Assembly: GCA_002269645.1 (NCBI GenBank)
Contig: NIVC01002932.1
Location: 12,415 to 76,414, forward strand
Source: Macrostomum lignano
Lineage: Eukaryota
DNA: 64,000 bases
Direction of reading: 5' to 3'
Part shown: positions 61,662 through 64,000 of the stretch, in pieces
Layout: each line of letters begins with the position of its first letter
How positions within the stretch are numbered: the stretch's first letter is position 1
Translations under genes and position numbers: made by a program
The notes under the pieces: generated by a model
What the model was told of the DNA's origin: nothing
The model's input: only the letters and a program-made list of their open reading frames with translations
Databases searched by the model: none

Positions 61662-63009
61662 TGTACTTGGGCCTCGCAACACACTGGGGGGATCCCTCAA
61701 CTTGGAGAGCTACCCTCTGGGGATCCACTAAAACCCCGTGGAGCTGCGGTAAAGTTTGACTGGAATTCTCTTTGTATGCGGTCTGTTACTCTACCTCCAC
61801 TGTACATTGGGGCGGGATCCTTCCTCATTTAACACCCCGGAGCGCACTGTGCATTGGGGGGCGGGATTCCTTCATCATTTGACACCCGGGAGCGCACTGT
61901 ACTTGGGATCCGCTAAAACCCCTATTTGTATGCGGTCTGTTATTCTGCCCGCCCTGTGCAATGTGAGGGGTCCTTGATAACCCCCCATTTGGGGAGGATT
62001 GGAATGCTCTCTGCCTGAACTGTACTTGGGATCCCCCGGCCCTGGGGAGGAATTTCTCTATGTTACTCCGCCCGCACTGTACATTGGGATCCCCCGGCCC
62101 TGGCTCTGGGGGCGTGTCTCGAATATCCTGGGCTGGATATTTTACTTTGCACCTACATTATATGCTTAATTTTATACATATGTTGTATTATACTTAACTT
62201 CCAGTGTGTGTATTTTATCCTATGCACTGAAATTTGTACCTGCGGGTTATTATGCAAAAATGTATCGTTTAAAATGCGCCTACATTATATGCTATGTAAT
62301 TTTCTTGTATTATACTCAATTTGCACCTACATTGTGTGTATGTATGCACCTACATAATTGGAATCTAGAGTGTGTGCAATATACTGTGTGTATTTCCACC
62401 TATGTAGCGCCTACAGTACCTGCTTTGTCTATTTCTGCCCATGCACCTACATTGTGTGTTTTTGCTGCTCATATGGTCCAATATGTATTATGCGTCATTA
62501 TTCACACCTACCAATATGTTTTATCTACTTTTTATGTAAATATACGCAATTTCATCTACTATAAGTAGTTTTCACTAGCCTAATATCGCTGACTAGATAT
62601 CTTACATATCGGGAGAGTGGTAGAGTGTACATATCGCGAGAGTGTACACTCGGGGTGCCTGCGGCTCGGTAGAGTGTACACTCGGGGTGCCTGCGGCTCG
62701 GTAGAGTGTACACTCGGGGTGCCTGCGGCATGGGCGCCTGCAGCATGGGCGCCTGCTGCTCTGGAGGGCATACATATCGGGAGGGTGGGCATACATATCG
62801 GGGTACATATCGGGAGGGTGGGCATACATATCGGGAGGGAGGGCATACATATCGGGGTACATATCGGGAGGGTGCGCCTGCGGCATGGCGCCTAATTGGC
62901 GCCTGGATAGCGCCACGCGCCTGCGGCGCGCGCGCCAGCCAATGAGAGGCGAGGAGGGTTGACACCCACCCCACCTCCAAAAAGGGCGGATCTACCAGTC
63001 CATAGTAGT
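61662..63009. repeat. Right terminal inverted repeat (~1.35 kb)
   Basis: Reverse complement of the left TIR plus two extra 32-bp units and a ~60-bp duplication. Confidence 0.93.
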
Positions 63010-63218
63010 GACGAGATATTGGATTTAATATGCTGGATTACGCCAATGGTTACTCAATTTTTGCATTCAGTCTTGGAAGTGAACCTGGTGTCGGACGGGG
63101 AGTGCAACTGTATAAGGAAGGAAATGTAAAACTAGAGTTACGCTTCAATGCTGCAACTAGTACCGTGTACAACGTCATATTTGGAGGTATATTTGACCAA
63201 GCAACTGCAACTGACTGA
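63010..63218 (+). pseudogene. Major capsid protein, 3' part
   Basis: DYANGYSIFAFSL...GNVKLELRF...VIFGGIF, the typical Polinton major capsid C-terminus. Confidence 0.9.
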
Positions 63219-63245
63219 ACTTCGCGACATTGTTCCTGGCACAGT

Positions 63246-63810
63246 ATGGAAGTAATTGATTCTATCCTAGATCGTGGTGTAACAGATCGCTTCTTCGCAA
63301 TGTTGTATCGAAATTGTGCGCACATTTTTTTAAATGTTGTATTTCTTGGTGTTTTTCCTCAAAACTTTGTTGGTGGACTTAGACGCTTACTTTTTAGACG
63401 GTAAAGACTATTTTTTATCGTTAATACTGACGTCTCCAACCTGCCCGGAAAACATTGGGTATGCGTTTGGGTTTATGGTCATCGAGCAGGTCGCGGTTAG
63501 CAAACGACTTGGTGAATATTTTGATCTCTTGGTCTAGTACCATTGCCAAGAATAGCAAAATGGCTAGGAAAAAGAATGTGGAAATTCGAAAAATTGGTGT
63601 TATAGTCGCTTTGCTATCCAAGACCACAGAGTGGAAGTTGTGGATTTTGGTAATTTTTTATATTTTTCATAAGTTGACTACCAGAGGAAACCTAGAGTGT
63701 TTTATTCGAAGCGTTTTTAAACGGAATATATTCGCACTGGTTCCGTTTCGATACTTGTATGCTAAATTACGCAATTTTGTTTTACGAGTGCTGCCTCAAT
63801 ATTTGTAAAC
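63246..63810 (+). pseudogene. Adenain-like cysteine (maturation) protease, decayed
   Basis: FLGVFP, IVNTD...PGKHWVC, EYFD and SCGFW pieces spread across frames with stops. Confidence 0.82.
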
Positions 63811-64000
63811 TCGCTAATTTGTGCGTCAAATTGTGTTTGTATCTAGTTGAAATATACAATACTGCTTGAAAAGAAGAATTTAAATGCGTTAAGTTATACG
63901 CGAAATAAGCTTTGTGTCAAATTGAATTTTGGTTGGGCTTGTAATTAGCTGCATTCATTGCGGATAGAATTTAGGTGGATAGACAGGTGGTGTTTGCGTA

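Larger units (their letters stand above)
54313..63009. mobile_element. Nested 8,697-bp TIR element (pPolB plus PC4-like only) with 6-bp TSD GACGAG
   Basis: GACGAG at 54307-54312 and 63010-63015. Ends are ACTACTA...TAGTAGT. Removing the element restores the capsid frame QGRD|IGFNMLDYANGYSIFAFSL. Confidence 0.93.
40716..64000 (+). mobile_element. Polinton/Maverick (adintovirus-like) endogenous viral element; left end tentative, right end beyond the window
   Basis: Co-oriented ATPase, minor capsid, integrase, major capsid and protease genes. Candidate terminus AGTAGT at 40716 followed by short tandem repeats. Confidence 0.85.

Noticed and set aside
54313-63009. Nested element as a casposon or transpoviron
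   Set aside because: No Cas1 and no superfamily 1 helicase; the pPolB domain set and 6-bp TSD are Polinton-type.

Overview
Eukaryotic (metazoan) genomic DNA with spliceosomal introns. The GC-rich, polyQ-rich genes and dense minisatellites would fit a flatworm such as Macrostomum, but that is inference only. 1-40 kb: many satellites, a 1.43-kb tandem duplication, a near-intact minus-strand Ty3/gypsy LTR element with a -1 frameshift signal, an apparently intronless DEG/ENaC channel gene, a 2.7-kb non-autonomous hAT element carrying a gypsy RT fragment, a six-exon sestrin gene and the last two exons of CHID1. About 40.7-64 kb: an endogenous Polinton/Maverick (adintovirus-like) element with dUTPase, PLA2, packaging ATPase, minor capsid, integrase-chromodomain, major capsid and a decayed protease. 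It also carries a spliced SSB-like gene, a divergent TATA-binding-protein-like gene and a stand-alone Zn-finger/terminal-protein-like ORF. Its major capsid gene is split by a second element of 8,697 bp (54313-63009) with 1.2-1.35-kb TIRs, ACTACT...AGTAGT ends and a perfect 6-bp TSD (GACGAG). This nested element encodes only an intron-containing protein-primed PolB and a PC4-like protein, and looks like a capsid-less, integrase-less satellite of Polintons. No rRNA, tRNA or CRISPR array was found. All protein assignments are by-eye motif recognition, not database searches.
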